Origin: Macrostomum lignano
Taxonomy: Eukaryota
Assembly: GCA_002269645.1 (NCBI GenBank)
Contig: NIVC01002395.1
Location: forward strand, 114,453 to 178,452
Length of the DNA stretch: 64,000 nt
Reading direction: 5' to 3'
The position numbers and the translations under genes are program-made. The notes beneath the pieces were generated by a model, which ran no database searches, was not told where the DNA came from, and was given only the letters and a program-made list of their open reading frames with translations. Of the stretch, positions 39,851 through 51,486 are shown in pieces (within the stretch, counting starts at the first letter, position 1; each line of letters starts with the position of its first letter).

Positions 39851-40622
39851 GTTTGGTCGACACAATGCGTACATTGAAGCTATAAAAACAAATTGAGCAA
39901 CACAAGAGAAGTTGTTCAAAGAAAACACCTCAGTTAAGATGCAAGAAATCTATGGATATTTTCCGTTAGCATCAGCAGAAACAAAGGAAGACAGTAAGGC
40001 GTATTTTCATAAAAACACAAGCAAATCAACTGATTAATGGTGCAAACTCTGCATACTACTTATGGAAGCAGAAGCTACAGAAAACAGTACAAAAACAATT
40101 TGCAGAGTAAATATAATATTTCACAAAAAACGCAGTGCCAACTGATTGAACAGGTCGAATAACTTATTTCTTAACTACTAATTGAAATAAACAACGGATC
40201 ACCTTAATTTTAATGGACAATAGGAATATCAAACCAAAAACGCAAAACTTTAACACTGGGAAAGTTCGACATAACCCACTCGAGAGGGTAGGAAAATCTG
40301 TTAATATACTTTTATTACTAACCTTTGTTGAACACATGCGAAGTTCTCAAGCAAGGGAACGCTGCCAACAGAAAACATGGAGTTCTAAACCCAGAGTCTA
40401 GGAAGGGAACTCAACCAGTGAAACATGGAGTTCTAAACTTAGTGTCTGGACAGGGAACCCAAACCGTGAAACACGGGGTTCTAAACGTAAGAGTCTGGAA
40501 GGGAAATACAGAATCGTAATACTTCAAACAAATTTGTCCTAGTACCAAATAGTACTATTCAGAGCTAAACCAGAAATACCTGAACAAAACAATCACTAAA
40601 ACAATAATGCCAATGACCCTCG

Positions 40623-41549
40623 CTACAGTTGGGCATGTACAGGTGGACCAGCAGCAGATGATGTCGCTGAGGAACTGACCATCGTTGCGGTTGTAATGAT
40701 TGGCTTAACGTCAACCGGCTGGATGCTAGTAGAAACCGTTACGGATGTAGGAGCGGCAGCGGCGACAGCTGCAGCGGCCTCCTGATGACTGAGGAAGATC
40801 TGCATCGGCTGCTGCTGCTGAGACTGCGACTGAACTTGCAGGCCGGCACTGCCTCCAACCAGCTGGCCACCGGCAGCCGCACCAACTGGCAATTGGATAA
40901 CGTATTGAACTGGCGCCGAGCCACCGCCGCTGCTGATCACAGCCGCCATTGTTGATGATGCCGACGAGCCGGCCGAGGATGAAGTGGACTTATTAATATT
41001 ATTATTAGTATTGTGATTATTGTTATTCTCGCTGCTGCTACCGGCGCTGGCGCTGTTATGCCCAGCAATTGCTGTCTGTTGTTGATAATGCGCAATCTGA
41101 TGCTGCTGATGAGGCGGAAGCGGCGGCGGCGGCGGCGTATCTCTCGGCACAATGTCGATAAGAAAGTCGAATTGGTCAGTTTCCGGATCGCCAACGCTTA
41201 GCGCAATATCGTTACGCTGAAGAGTCCGCCGTCTGGCCCGCTCTGTGTGCATCCAGGCTCGATAGGTGAGCTCGCGAATGAAGATCTCAGCCGCCTTGGA
41301 GAACAATAGCGGGGCCTCGGCTGCGATCATCATAGTCTTAACATCGTCATCTAATTTCATAATCTTTTTGATTCGAGCCAACGGCAACTCCGCGCTTTTG
41401 AATGCGGACAGTTCCGGTGGGATGGCTTGAATGGCGCGCATCTCCTGCTCCCAGAAGGTATGATCGCTAACGCGAGTCTGCAGATGCTGCTGTTGTTGTT
41501 GCTGATGCTGCACATGATGAAGCTGATAGACGGCCGAGCGCTCCGCCAT
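40623..41549 (-). CDS. NFYC: Nuclear transcription factor Y subunit gamma (NF-YC), apparently single-exon
   Basis: [17 protein letters not shown]...[27 protein letters not shown]...[11 protein letters not shown]...[12 protein letters not shown] histone fold plus a Q/S-rich tail; ATG at 41549. Confidence 0.93.
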   Translation of the reverse strand: MAERSAVYQLHHVQHQQQQQQHLQTRVSDHTFWEQEMRAIQAIPPELSAFKSAELPLARIKKIMKLDDDVKTMMIAAEAPLLFSKAAEIFIRELTYRAWMHTERARRRTLQRNDIALSVGDPETDQFDFLIDIVPRDTPPPPPLPPHQQHQIAHYQQQTAIAGHNSASAGSSSENNNNHNTNNNINKSTSSSAGSSASSTMAAVISSGGGSAPVQYVIQLPVGAAAGGQLVGGSAGLQVQSQSQQQQPMQIFLSHQEAAAAVAAAAPTSVTVSTSIQPVDVKPIITTATMVSSSATSSAAGPPVHAQL

Positions 41550-42999
41550 GGAAACCGGATTAGCAGCAAAGTAGGACTTCAATTAGCAACAGTATCACTA
41601 TTCAACTACGAGAATGATCTATTAGGGATAATGGGGTGGGTTATCTTTGCTTTTCATGGGTTATGAAAATAGTACTAAGGCCAAGAAGCGACTTATGTCC
41701 ATCCAGAATCGTTGCAAGCAACACAGGTGAAATAGGAAAGAAGTGACTCTACAGGACCCTAAAATGACAATCGCCAATAGTCATCAAAGAGTCGCCTAAC
41801 AGTCAATTTTATGAGGCTTTCTATTGTCTGCAACTCTGAAACACATACTAAAAGAACTAGATGGGCCACTCAGGCATAAATACTTAGCAAAACAGCTTTC
41901 TACTTTCAGTTCAGTAGCAAAGAATACATAAGCTATTTTATAAGAATAAAGGCAGCTGAAACAACTTTGATAAGTTTAGAAGCCAAGCTTGCAGGCGTAA
42001 ACAACTTGCTAATTGGTTCACCAATAATGTACATTAGCCAGTCCACTGAAATGTACATGGCAGCTTTAGGCTGAAATTCCGAGAAAGGCAATAAAAATTG
42101 GGGTGGGGCCGGGGGGTAGTGTGGAAAGGCGGTTGGAGGGTTTAGGCTGGGGGGTAAGAGCCGACAAATTAGCTTCAAAAATACCGTAAAATGCTTCTGT
42201 TTAACTTGCTACTGAACTGAAAGTAGTTTACACGCAAATGTGATGAGTGGCCCATCTAGTTATTCTAGTATCTGTGCTCTGAAACGACTCTGGGGCCGTA
42301 TAGTCGTATATGAGGCCTGCTATCTCTGTAAAAACACAGACAAGTCTAACGACTTTGGGCGAATTTTTTATGATTCTGCAACTCACGTGATACGCTCGCG
42401 ACTCAGTCGTTAAAAAAGTCAAAAGAGTCGCTAGAGCCACCTAGTCAAAGTTTTCAACGGGCTGAGACTAGAGCTGATCTCTCCGTACAGTATTGGGATA
42501 ATAGAATGGGTTAGGCACCTGACTCATAAGAAAGCCTAACTAAGCAATTGTTCAAAATAAATAAAAATGAACACTGATCAACAGCAGCATCTATGAAAAT
42601 CAATATTAAAATCAATATATAAAAATTGATTTATTTTATTTTAAAATTGGAAAAAGTTTGAAATCGGGGACAACAAACGCATGATCTATACGGAATTAGA
42701 AAGTATTATAATAAATTGTCACAAATAATAATTCTGTGCTGCGACAGTGACTCAATACTCTCAAGCCAATCGTTTTAAAAAATGTAGAAGAATACGGTTA
42801 AAAAATATGGTCATGACTTGTTTAATGATCTACTATGACTAATTAAATGACGAAATCGAATCGAATTATTCTATGACAAAACTTTTTAAGCCGAGACAAT
42901 GAGGGAACGATAAAATTAAAAAAATGAGCAATTTGAATTTTTTTAAACAATTAATTGGGCAAGATTTTAAAGGTCACGTGTTAAGGGTCCATCGCTAGA

Positions 43000-43225
43000 A
43001 TCACTCCGAGGAGTCACTCGCTAGAATCACTCTAAAGAGTCACTCGCTGGAATCACTCCGAAGAGTCACTCGCTAGAATCACTCCGAAGAGTCACTCGCT
43101 GGAATTACTCCGAAGAGTCACTCATTTGAATCACTCCAAAGAGTCACACTAGCAAGGAATCACTCTAAAGAGTCACTCATTAAAATCACTCGCTAGAATC
43201 ACTCGCTAGAATCACACGAAAAAAA
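43000..43225. repeat. ~26-bp minisatellite (GAGTCACTCGCTAGAATCACTCCGAA)n
   Basis: Direct reading. Confidence 0.8.
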
Positions 43226-43339
43226 CGCTCCGATATGTCACTCTCGATAAATTCGTCGGATTTTTACCAATAAAAATTTCTATCCAATGAAACTCGCAAA
43301 GTTTTCTTGTCAGTCCTTCCAACACATCAATATTTCGAA

Positions 43340-46300
43340 TCAGACGTTCCTCCTCTGCACCCGCAGTCGAATACCGTGAGCCGGACGCAGAATGAGCTCC
43401 CCGGCCGGGTCAACCTCCTCCTCAGTCTGCAGGCTGGTGACGTCATAGTGCCTTAGAAACCAGCACAGCACGGCTTTCTCTTCTAGTTGGGCAAACTTAG
43501 CGCCGATGCAGTTGCGAGGCCCAGCAGAGAAAGGCACATAGGCATAAGGATTGCGTCCGCGCACAGCCTCAGGCAGGAATCTGTCCGGGTTGAACTTCTC
43601 CGGCTCGGGGAAATATTCGGGATCGCGGTGCAGCTGAGTGGCCAGAGCCAGCACCGTGGTGCCGGCGGTGATTGTGTAGCCGTCCACTTTGATGTCTTCA
43701 GCTGCTTCGCGGCCAAAGAACGGCACAGACGGATAGATGCGGAGGGCCTCCTTGACGCAGCGGTCCAACAGGCTCAGCTGGTTCAGGCATTCGGAAGTCA
43801 GGTGGCCCTCGGGGCTGAGGCGACCCTGCGAGTTTTGTTGCTTTCTGGCTATAGAACTACTAAATATATAGGATCTGAAGGCTTCTGGTAGCTCAGTCTG
43901 AGGATCTGAAGGCTTCTGGTAGCTCAGTCTGAGGATCTGAAGGCTTCTGGTAGCTCAGTCTGAGGATCTGAAGGCTTCTGGTAGCTCAGTCTGAGGATCT
44001 GAAGGCTTCTGGTAGCTCAGTCTGAGGATCTGAAGGCTTCTGGTAGCTCAGTCTGAGGATCTGAAGGCTTCTGGTAGCTCAGTCTGAGGATCTGAAGGCT
44101 TCTGGTAGCTCAGTCTGAGGATCTGAAGGCTTCTGGTAGCTCAGTCTGAGGATCTGAAGGCTTCTGGTAGCTCAGTCTGAGGATCTGAGAGTTCTGGTAG
44201 CCCAATCTGAGGATCTGAGAGTTCTGCTAGCTCAGTCTGAGGATCTGAAGGGTCCTGGTAGCTCAGTCTGAGGATCTTAAGGGTCCTGGTAGCTCAGTCT
44301 GAGGATCTGAAGGGTCCTGGTAGCTCAGTCTGAGGATCTGAAGGGTCCTGGTAGCTCAGTCTGAGGATCTGAAGGCTTCTGGTAGCCCAACCTGAGGATC
44401 TGAGAGTTCTGGTAGCCCAATCTGAGGATCTGAGAGTTCTGGTAGCCCAATCTGAGGATCTGAGAGTTCTGGTAGCTCAGTCTGAGGATCTGAGAGTTCT
44501 GGTAGCCCAATCTGAGGATCTGAGAGTTCTGGTAGCCCAATCTGAGGATCTGAGAGTTCTGGTAGCCCAATCTGAGGATCTGAGAGTTCTGGTAGCCCAA
44601 TTTGAGGATCTGAGAGTTCTGGTAGCCCAACCTGAGGATCTGAGAGTTCTGGTAGCCCAATTTGAGGATCTGAGAGTTCTGGTAGCTTAGTCTGAGGATC
44701 TGAGAGTTCTGGTAGCCCAATCTGAGGATCTGAGAGTTCTGGTAGCCCAATCTGAGGATCTGAGAGTTCTAGTAGCCCAACCTGAGGATGAGAGTTCTGG
44801 TAGCCCAGTCTGAGGATCTGAAAGTTCTAGTAGCCCAGTCTGAGGATCTGAGAGTTCTAGTAGCCCAACCTGAGGATGAGAGTTCTGGTAGCCCAACCTG
44901 AGGATGAGAGTTCTGGTAGCCTAATCGGAGGATCTGAAGGAATCACGGAGTACAGTTTTGGTTGAACCTGAGAAATACAGCACAGACAGACTGATACCTC
45001 TTCCCAGATGGCGTCGATTTCCTTGTGCACCTCGGCCTGGACGTCGGGATGCCGGCCCAGCAGGAACAGGCACCAGGTCATAGCGGCGGCAGTGGTGTCG
45101 TGGCCCTCGAACATGAAGGTGTCCACCTCCTCCCGGATATCCGAATCGGTTAGCTTGGCGCCAGTCTCGCTTTCGAATAGCAGCAAATCAAGAAAAGTTA
45201 AGCGTTTCCTCCGTCGCCTAATCGCCATCTGGTCGCGACGCTCCTCCTCGGACATGGCGGCGAAGTCGGCCCGACGCTCGGCAATGACGCCGGTGGTGAA
45301 GGCGTGCATAACGCCCAGACAGGCATTCTGCTCGGCGGACAAGCGGCTGCGAGCGAATAGCGACTCCGAATAGTATAGGGGATTTTTCAAACGGCGCATC
45401 ACAATCTCGGACATGTTGGCTACGGAGGCGACATACTCGCTGTTCTGCTCAGTTTGGGCGTGAACCTGGGGAAACGGACGGATCAAAGCTATTTTAATAA
45501 ACTGCTGCTAATACTACTTACTAAGTAGCTAGTATTAGATTTATTCAACTCCAGTGCCAGATCTACTGATTCCAAGAAAATCCTACCCATTGTTCACTCT
45601 GAATATCTATAGATACATCTAGAGACTTACTTTACCTATATATAGATATGTAAAAGTTGATTACTGCAGATAAAAACAAAATATTTACAGTACACAGAGT
45701 GTACAGCGGCCCTGACTTTCTAATCGTAAGGCATGTACACTCTCTCTGTGCCTTGTCTTGAGGGGAGGGGGAGCTGGCTGGCTCCTATGACTGTGAACTC
45801 CCCAACGACAAATTTTCAAACCAAGGACGACTTAAGTAGAAGGACGGGAAACCTCGTTTCTTAGAAAAGTTTTGAAGGCACTTTTTCCCGAAAAAATACA
45901 CTACGGAGATAGGAAGTTTTCATTTTTTCAGCACAAAAATTGTTATTGCGTTTGATAGGAGGCAGATCCAGTGTTCATCTTTTGGTATGTTGTGCCTTTT
46001 TTATTGCTCTATCTATATTTATAAAGCTTTTCGTTCAGAAAATTAGGATTCTATGTTAATTTTTTATTCTACGTATATTTTCGCGTGTCTTGTGCTTGAA
46101 ATACATAGAATGCCACGGCTCGGCTCTTTAGCTTCATGAGTCTTTTTATCATTCTTACCCGACTGTGTAGCAAATATTTGTAACAGAGATGATAAAATAG
46201 GTTCATAAAACCAAATATTGGAGCTGTGTCATGCATTTTTGTGATTTTTAGATACAGGAAATATACGTAGAATAAAAAATTAACATAGAATCCTACTTTT

Positions 46301-47825
46301 CTGAACGAAAAGCTTTATAAATATCGATAGAGCAATAAAAAAGGCACAACATACCAAAAGATGAACACTGGATCTGCCTCCTATCAAACGCAATAACAAT
46401 TTTTGTGCTGAAAAAATGAAAACTTCCTATCTCCGTAGTGTATTTTTTCGGGAAAAAGTGCCTTCAAAACTTTTCTAAGAAACGAGGTTTCCCGTCCTTC
46501 TACTTAAGTCGTCCTTGTTTCAAACATGCTGGATAATTAAGAGATTGATTAAATAGTCACTGTTCCACCACTTCAAAGCTCTATCTTATATAATAATACC
46601 AGGGTATATTAATCATTGATTACACCTGCCATAATGGCTGGTGTAATCCACACACACACACCCTCAATCCACACACACACACACCCTCAATCCACACCAC
46701 ACACACCCTTAATTACCCCAACTAATGCCGGCTGGCACCCATTTTACAGCTGGGTGAACTGAAGCAATGCAGAGTTAAGTGTCTTGTTCAAGGACTCAAA
46801 TTGTTCCGAGTGGGTCCAGAATCGAACCCCCGACCTTCAAGTCGGGAGTCTGACGCTCTAACCACTAGGCTACAACCCTTTACTAGGCTACAACCAAAGA
46901 TCTTATATACACAAGATGGGCTACTCATTAACCACTAATGTGGCCATAGAAGCTAATGTAAAAAAATTTGCAACTCGCAACAGCGCAAAAATCAACTACT
47001 GAACTCAATGTCGTCAGTAGTCTCTGCAGTGCATGCATCATTCTTAGTTTGATTGAGTAGCTTTTTATTCAATTCATGAGAATTTCTATTAAATTCTCAA
47101 AAAATAGCGTCTGTCACTAAGCTACTGAACTCAAATTTATAAGCACAAGTGACGAAAAACAGCGGTCGCACTTTCCCTATTGTCACGATACAAAGTGGCC
47201 TATCTAGGGAATATAAGATCTATGGCTACAACCCCCTTACCTGACAGCCCATCGCAGTCTCGCAGATAATATCCAGAGCGCACCGTCCCATATAGGGAAA
47301 GATATCCAGCTCAGCCTGACCGTCAGCATTCAGCTGATCATCCAGCACCTGCAGCAGCACCCGAGACTGCTCGCTAAACACTGGGCAGAAATCCTGCAGG
47401 ATACTAAAATGAAAAGCTGGCGTCAGCATCTTCCTACGGGAGTGCCATTTCTCTCCTGCGCTGGTTAGCAAACCAGTGCCAAGCCAGGTGTGCAGAAAGT
47501 CATATTGAAACGCCTTAGTAATATGCTTACTGCTAGATAGAATACTTTCAACAGACTTCGCCTTCTGCAGTACAACAATAGGATAGATGCCAACCCAGAT
47601 GCGGAACATTGGATGGTCTTGATACTGCCGCCCAAACTCCATGATTTGCCGATAGAAAGCGGCGCCCCCGTATTCAAATTGGTGCGCATTGCCAACCAAT
47701 GGCAGTTGAGCTGGGCCAATAATATTGCGCATAGTGAACAGGTCCATGACATACTTGGCCAGGCGTTTCCAAAGCTTAGCTGTTAGGAAACAGCTGGCCA
47801 GAATAACTGTAGCAACTAAAAGCAT
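43340..47825 (-). CDS. Cytochrome P450, CYP4 clan (CYP4V/4C-like), ~512 aa; exons 47825-47241, 45465-44998, 43825-43340
   Basis: N-terminal anchor, WLGTGLLTSAGEKWHSRRKMLTPAFHF, EEVDTFMFEGHDTT, KEALR (ExxR), PDRF, PFSAGPRNCIG. Both introns are phase-0 GT-AG. Confidence 0.95.
43870..44935. repeat. 31-bp then 30-bp related minisatellite in CYP intron 2
   Basis: GGATCTGAAGGCTTCTGGTAGCTCAGTCTGA grading into TGAGAGTTCTGGTAGCCCAATCTGAGGATC. Confidence 0.93.
45822..46517. mobile_element. 696-bp foldback MITE with 259-bp TIRs and 8-bp TSD (P-element-like CAAGG ends) in CYP intron 1
   Basis: TIRs 45822-46080 and 46259-46517 with two mismatches seen; TSD TTTCAAAC on both sides. Confidence 0.9.
46690..46878 (-). 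mobile_element. tRNA-derived SINE with CORE (MIR-like) central domain
   Basis: Minus strand: A box TAGCCTAGTGG, B box GGTTCGATTC, then CCTTGAACAAGACACTTAACTCTGCATTGCTTCAGTTCACCCAGCTGTAAAATGGG, which resembles the CORE consensus as I recall it. A (GT)n tail follows. Confidence 0.7.
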
Positions 47826-48029
47826 TTGGATCTTGCACGAGATTAGTCTTTGTTAAATTGTATTTTTGTGTGCTCAAAACCTAAACTGAAATGGTTACCG
47901 ATTTCATATGCATAAATTGTTGACAGGCACATTTAGCATAAGTAAGGTCATAACTCATATGATTTTTCTGCTTTAGTTGGCCTAATTATTAACATTGACA
48001 GTCAGCAATAATATTAATATTGTTTTATT

Positions 48030-51000
48030 CACGGTTGGGCTGGAATAAGATTTCGGGGTAAAAAAATGCCCAATAAAACGACCACTGCAGTGTGATAGAG
48101 GAACACCTCAGCTGCTAGGGGAATATTTTCCTAAAATGAAATCGGTTTGTCCTGACCAGTTATGCCTAATTATGTTAATTAGCTAGCATAATTAATTTAT
48201 GTACTCGAAATTAGCCGCTTCCTTCATGTGAAATCGCCTAAAAACTGCTTTTATGAGCTGTGTTCGCATTAAAATCTGTAGCTATTTAATATCAATATAT
48301 ATTAGTATTAGTTATAGAAAGTGAGCACTTTGTAGTTCATATTATTAGTACTCAAAAATTAAAGAAAAAAATAGAAATATCCAGCGTTTCAGAGAAAGGG
48401 TCTCTTCAAAACTGAGCAGCAGGTTGGACATTTGGATAGCACCTATTAAAATTTATATCAATAAAATTAAATATATGATATAATTATAATATAACTTATA
48501 TAGCAATTCATGATCAGTTTATGTTTTAGCATGCAGGTACTACGAGATACATGTCACAGATAAAGAAGAGAATATTGCTAATCTGAGCAGAAAAGTCTGG
48601 GTCAAAAGTTTTTTTAGATATTGAATATTTCTTTTGAATTACTTCCATTGCCAATAGAATCAATATTCAAACTTTTGGATGTTGAACTTTTAGATAGATC
48701 CCTTCACAAATTGTCATGGAAGTATTGCTCCTATTATACTGTTTTTCTTCATCCATGTAGTAGTGCTGGTAACAACAGCATGCAGCAAAGTAGGCTGCAC
48801 AACACGACAGTAAATTTAGTCAAATGAAAAGCCATCACCGCATTAAATATGTCACTGCATTAGATATGCCAGCTGTTATACGCCACTGTTGCCTGCAGCA
48901 GCCTATTGCCGAACTGTGGGTGATCGGCTGGCAGCCTGTAGCGCTGCCAAGTCCGCTGGAAATCCGAGTGTGCGCTCTCTACTGCCTGTTCGCTACAAGT
49001 TCCAAGTGCACGACCAGTGCGATGGCAGAAGTCGCTCACGTGGCAAAGGAGAACATGCACTTTGGGCGTGACAGTCAATCCCAGTGCCAGGTATGCAGCT
49101 CCAAAATTTTCGATTCGCTCACCAAAATCCGGGACCAATTCCTGGCCAAATGCTCCATTAACAACGCTGTTGAAGCAAATCAAGCACTGGGCGAAGGGCT
49201 GTAGTTCATGAGGAACGTCTTCAAGAAGAACCTCAGCCATCAGCAGCAATTTGCGACAAGCGTTGCCTTCCATTGTGCCGCCGCGGTACCCCGCTCGCAC
49301 GATGCCGTGAGATTGTAGCCATGCAAATCCGCGGTCTTCGCCCCAAGCTTCGTTCAAAGAATCAAGCAATTTGTTACTGATTCCGAGCAGAAGATGCAGT
49401 TCAGGAGGGGGCAGCAGCATCAGCACTTCCTCGTCATCATCACCAGCCAGCAGCGGCAGATTGACACAGTTCATGAACTGCTTCGCTCTGCTCCAAACTC
49501 GTCCAGCAGAATTGAACTCCTGCACTTTCTGCCGAATTCTACCGAGGGTTCGTGGCCTGCCGCTTGTCGTCAGTGGTGCAGTAGACTCGCAGTACGGACA
49601 TGGGTGAGCACACGAGTGAGGCTGGAGTCCGCAGAGAATGTTTGCTAGCTTCATGTCTGTGACAGTCACAGCAGACAGCTCTACCACAGAAACAGCCTGT
49701 AGCAGTGTTTTTACATTTTTGTACGTTTCTGAGATGTCGTTGACGATTGCGAGAACTATAATTTTTTTCACTCCGGCGTCATTGAACTGTGAGTGGCGTC
49801 GCACACTTTCGTGAACTGCAGCAGCACCGCCGTGCACCTGATGGTCAGACGTGGACGCAACGACAGACACGCAAATCTTAAAAAAACCTCCGCCACCATC
49901 AAGCCCCAGCCGGCATTCGAAGTTAGAGGCTCCTCGCTGTTGGACAATAAATTCAATGAGGCGCGAAGCATCAGTGCAGAGGACAGCAGCACGATCACCA
50001 ATGGCAGAAGATGACAGCTCGAATTGAAGTGTCTTAAGTTTAAAAAAGTCTTCCAATACACGATTCTGAGTCACTAATGAATCTTTCAGCCTAGATTCAA
50101 CTGCTCGCGAAGAGCTTGCACCAGCTCTCAGTACCTGCGCGACCTGCAGCGTCTGATTGTTGCTAAGATTCAGCACACCTTTCAGTGTCTTCATTGTGCT
50201 GATAGAAGTTGCAGGGAAGCTGGTTGCTCCATTGCCCACACTAGCACCAACAGTCACGCGCATTGGGCGACCACCTTCCATCCGTGACAAGGAAACACAG
50301 CTGGAGCCACTTGCTGCAGCCTTTGTTGATATGCAGCTGCTGGCCAGCATGTCCTGCGTATCAGGACTGACACCCTGCTGCAGATTAGTCAGTCGCGTTG
50401 CTCTTGAGCAGTTGTGTTTCTTGCCACGGCCAATTTCTGATCGACAAAACGAGCAAATGAACTGTGGTTGTGCTGCATCAGCTGCCGACAATGGATGTTT
50501 TCGAGGTCGTCCTGGACGAGATGCAGCAGCGCCAGTACTGTAAGAGCTGACAGAAGTTGTCAACTTGCTGCTGTTCTTCGATCTGGCAAGCTCGCACAGT
50601 TCGCAAGAGCAATGCGGATTATTTCTTGTGGACGGAGGCAGACTCTGCAGGTCGGCAACCATCTGCTCATAGTTTAGCCTTGGTGGCAACTCACGAGGCG
50701 CTGGACCAGATAGAGATGAAATGATGCGTCGACACCCGTCACACAAGCCGGTCGGCAGAATGTGCTGTACAGAGGCGAAATTCGGCACCAAATCCTCAGC
50801 AGAAAAATTGGCTACCGACCAAATTGAGCGCGAGGCTTTCCGCAAACAGAGCAAACACAGACTCTCTCTGCACTCCTCATGTGATTTTTTTGCATTCGGC
50901 ATATTCTGAAATTCTGAAATTGATCGCTGGCCACTGATGCAAGAGACAAATGTTTTGAATTTGGCCTTGACTTGAGTATTGGTTGTGATATTTATTTGAG

Positions 51001-51486
51001 TGCTGATATGAGTTGGCTATGAAAGTTGCAATAATCAATGTACATCTGACAGTCCGACGCATATGAAATAGAACAGTACGAACGTACGTGTGTTCATGTG
51101 CTAATTTCGATATTGAGCAAAGAGAGTGCGTGAGACCTAGAGCACAACAGTTCATATTGAAGCTAGAGCAGAGCATTGGCTGCTGCATACATTCTGATTA
51201 GCAACTGCTCATCCAGTATAATAGCAGTTTATATCATAAAAACATAAAAGCAGACCAGGCCATAAAAGCAGTTTTTAGGCGATTTCACACGAAGGAAGCG
51301 GCTAATTTCGAGTACATAAATTAATTATGCTAGCTAATTAACATAATTAGGCATAACTGGTCAGGACAAACCGATTTCATTTTAGGAAAATATTCCCCTA
51401 GCAGCTGAGATGTTCCTCTATCACACTGCAGTGGTCGTTTTATTGGGCATTTTTTTACCCCGAAATCTTATTCCAGCCCAACCGTG
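48030..51486 (-). mobile_element. Apparently intact Chapaev/RAG1-like DNA transposon, 3457 bp, with 226-bp TIRs
   Basis: Termini CACGGTTGGG...CCCAACCGTG; TIRs 48030-48255 and 51261-51486 with two mismatches seen; flanks TATT / TATA (imperfect 4-bp TSD); one uninterrupted transposase ORF. Confidence 0.9.
48860..50902 (-). CDS. 680-aa DDE transposase, Chapaev/Transib/RAG1-related
   Basis: N-terminal CxxC...PxxxCxxC...HxxxCxxCxxAR module, GRPRK AT-hook, GGRP, and core motifs LGLDGGGG, TDMKLAN, CPYC, ELHLLLG, GNACRKLL, PKVHVLLCH, SEQAVESAH. Confidence 0.88.
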   Translation of the reverse strand: MPNAKKSHEECRESLCLLCLRKASRSIWSVANFSAEDLVPNFASVQHILPTGLCDGCRRIISSLSGPAPRELPPRLNYEQMVADLQSLPPSTRNNPHCSCELCELARSKNSSKLTTSVSSYSTGAAASRPGRPRKHPLSAADAAQPQFICSFCRSEIGRGKKHNCSRATRLTNLQQGVSPDTQDMLASSCISTKAAASGSSCVSLSRMEGGRPMRVTVGASVGNGATSFPATSISTMKTLKGVLNLSNNQTLQVAQVLRAGASSSRAVESRLKDSLVTQNRVLEDFFKLKTLQFELSSSAIGDRAAVLCTDASRLIEFIVQQRGASNFECRLGLDGGGGFFKICVSVVASTSDHQVHGGAAAVHESVRRHSQFNDAGVKKIIVLAIVNDISETYKNVKTLLQAVSVVELSAVTVTDMKLANILCGLQPHSCAHPCPYCESTAPLTTSGRPRTLGRIRQKVQEFNSAGRVWSRAKQFMNCVNLPLLAGDDDEEVLMLLPPPELHLLLGISNKLLDSLNEAWGEDRGFAWLQSHGIVRAGYRGGTMEGNACRKLLLMAEVLLEDVPHELQPFAQCLICFNSVVNGAFGQELVPDFGERIENFGAAYLALGLTVTPKVHVLLCHVSDFCHRTGRALGTCSEQAVESAHSDFQRTWQRYRLPADHPQFGNRLLQATVAYNSWHI

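Noticed and set aside
36426-39896. 300-526-aa Cys/Gly/Trp-rich ORFs
   Set aside because: Artefacts of the 43-bp G-rich arrays, open in all three frames.
44325-44896. LGYQNSQILR repeat ORF continuing CYP exon 2
   Set aside because: 30-bp intronic array; the GAG|gtatca donor at 44997 restores normal P450 structure with exon 3.
46810-46878. Possible tRNA gene
   Set aside because: The acceptor stem pairs poorly and it continues into a CORE-like block and (GT)n tail, so it is interpreted as a SINE head.
48256-48859. Possible RAG2-like partner gene inside the RAG1-like transposon
   Set aside because: Only ~600 AT-rich bp with short ORFs; too small for a kelch propeller.
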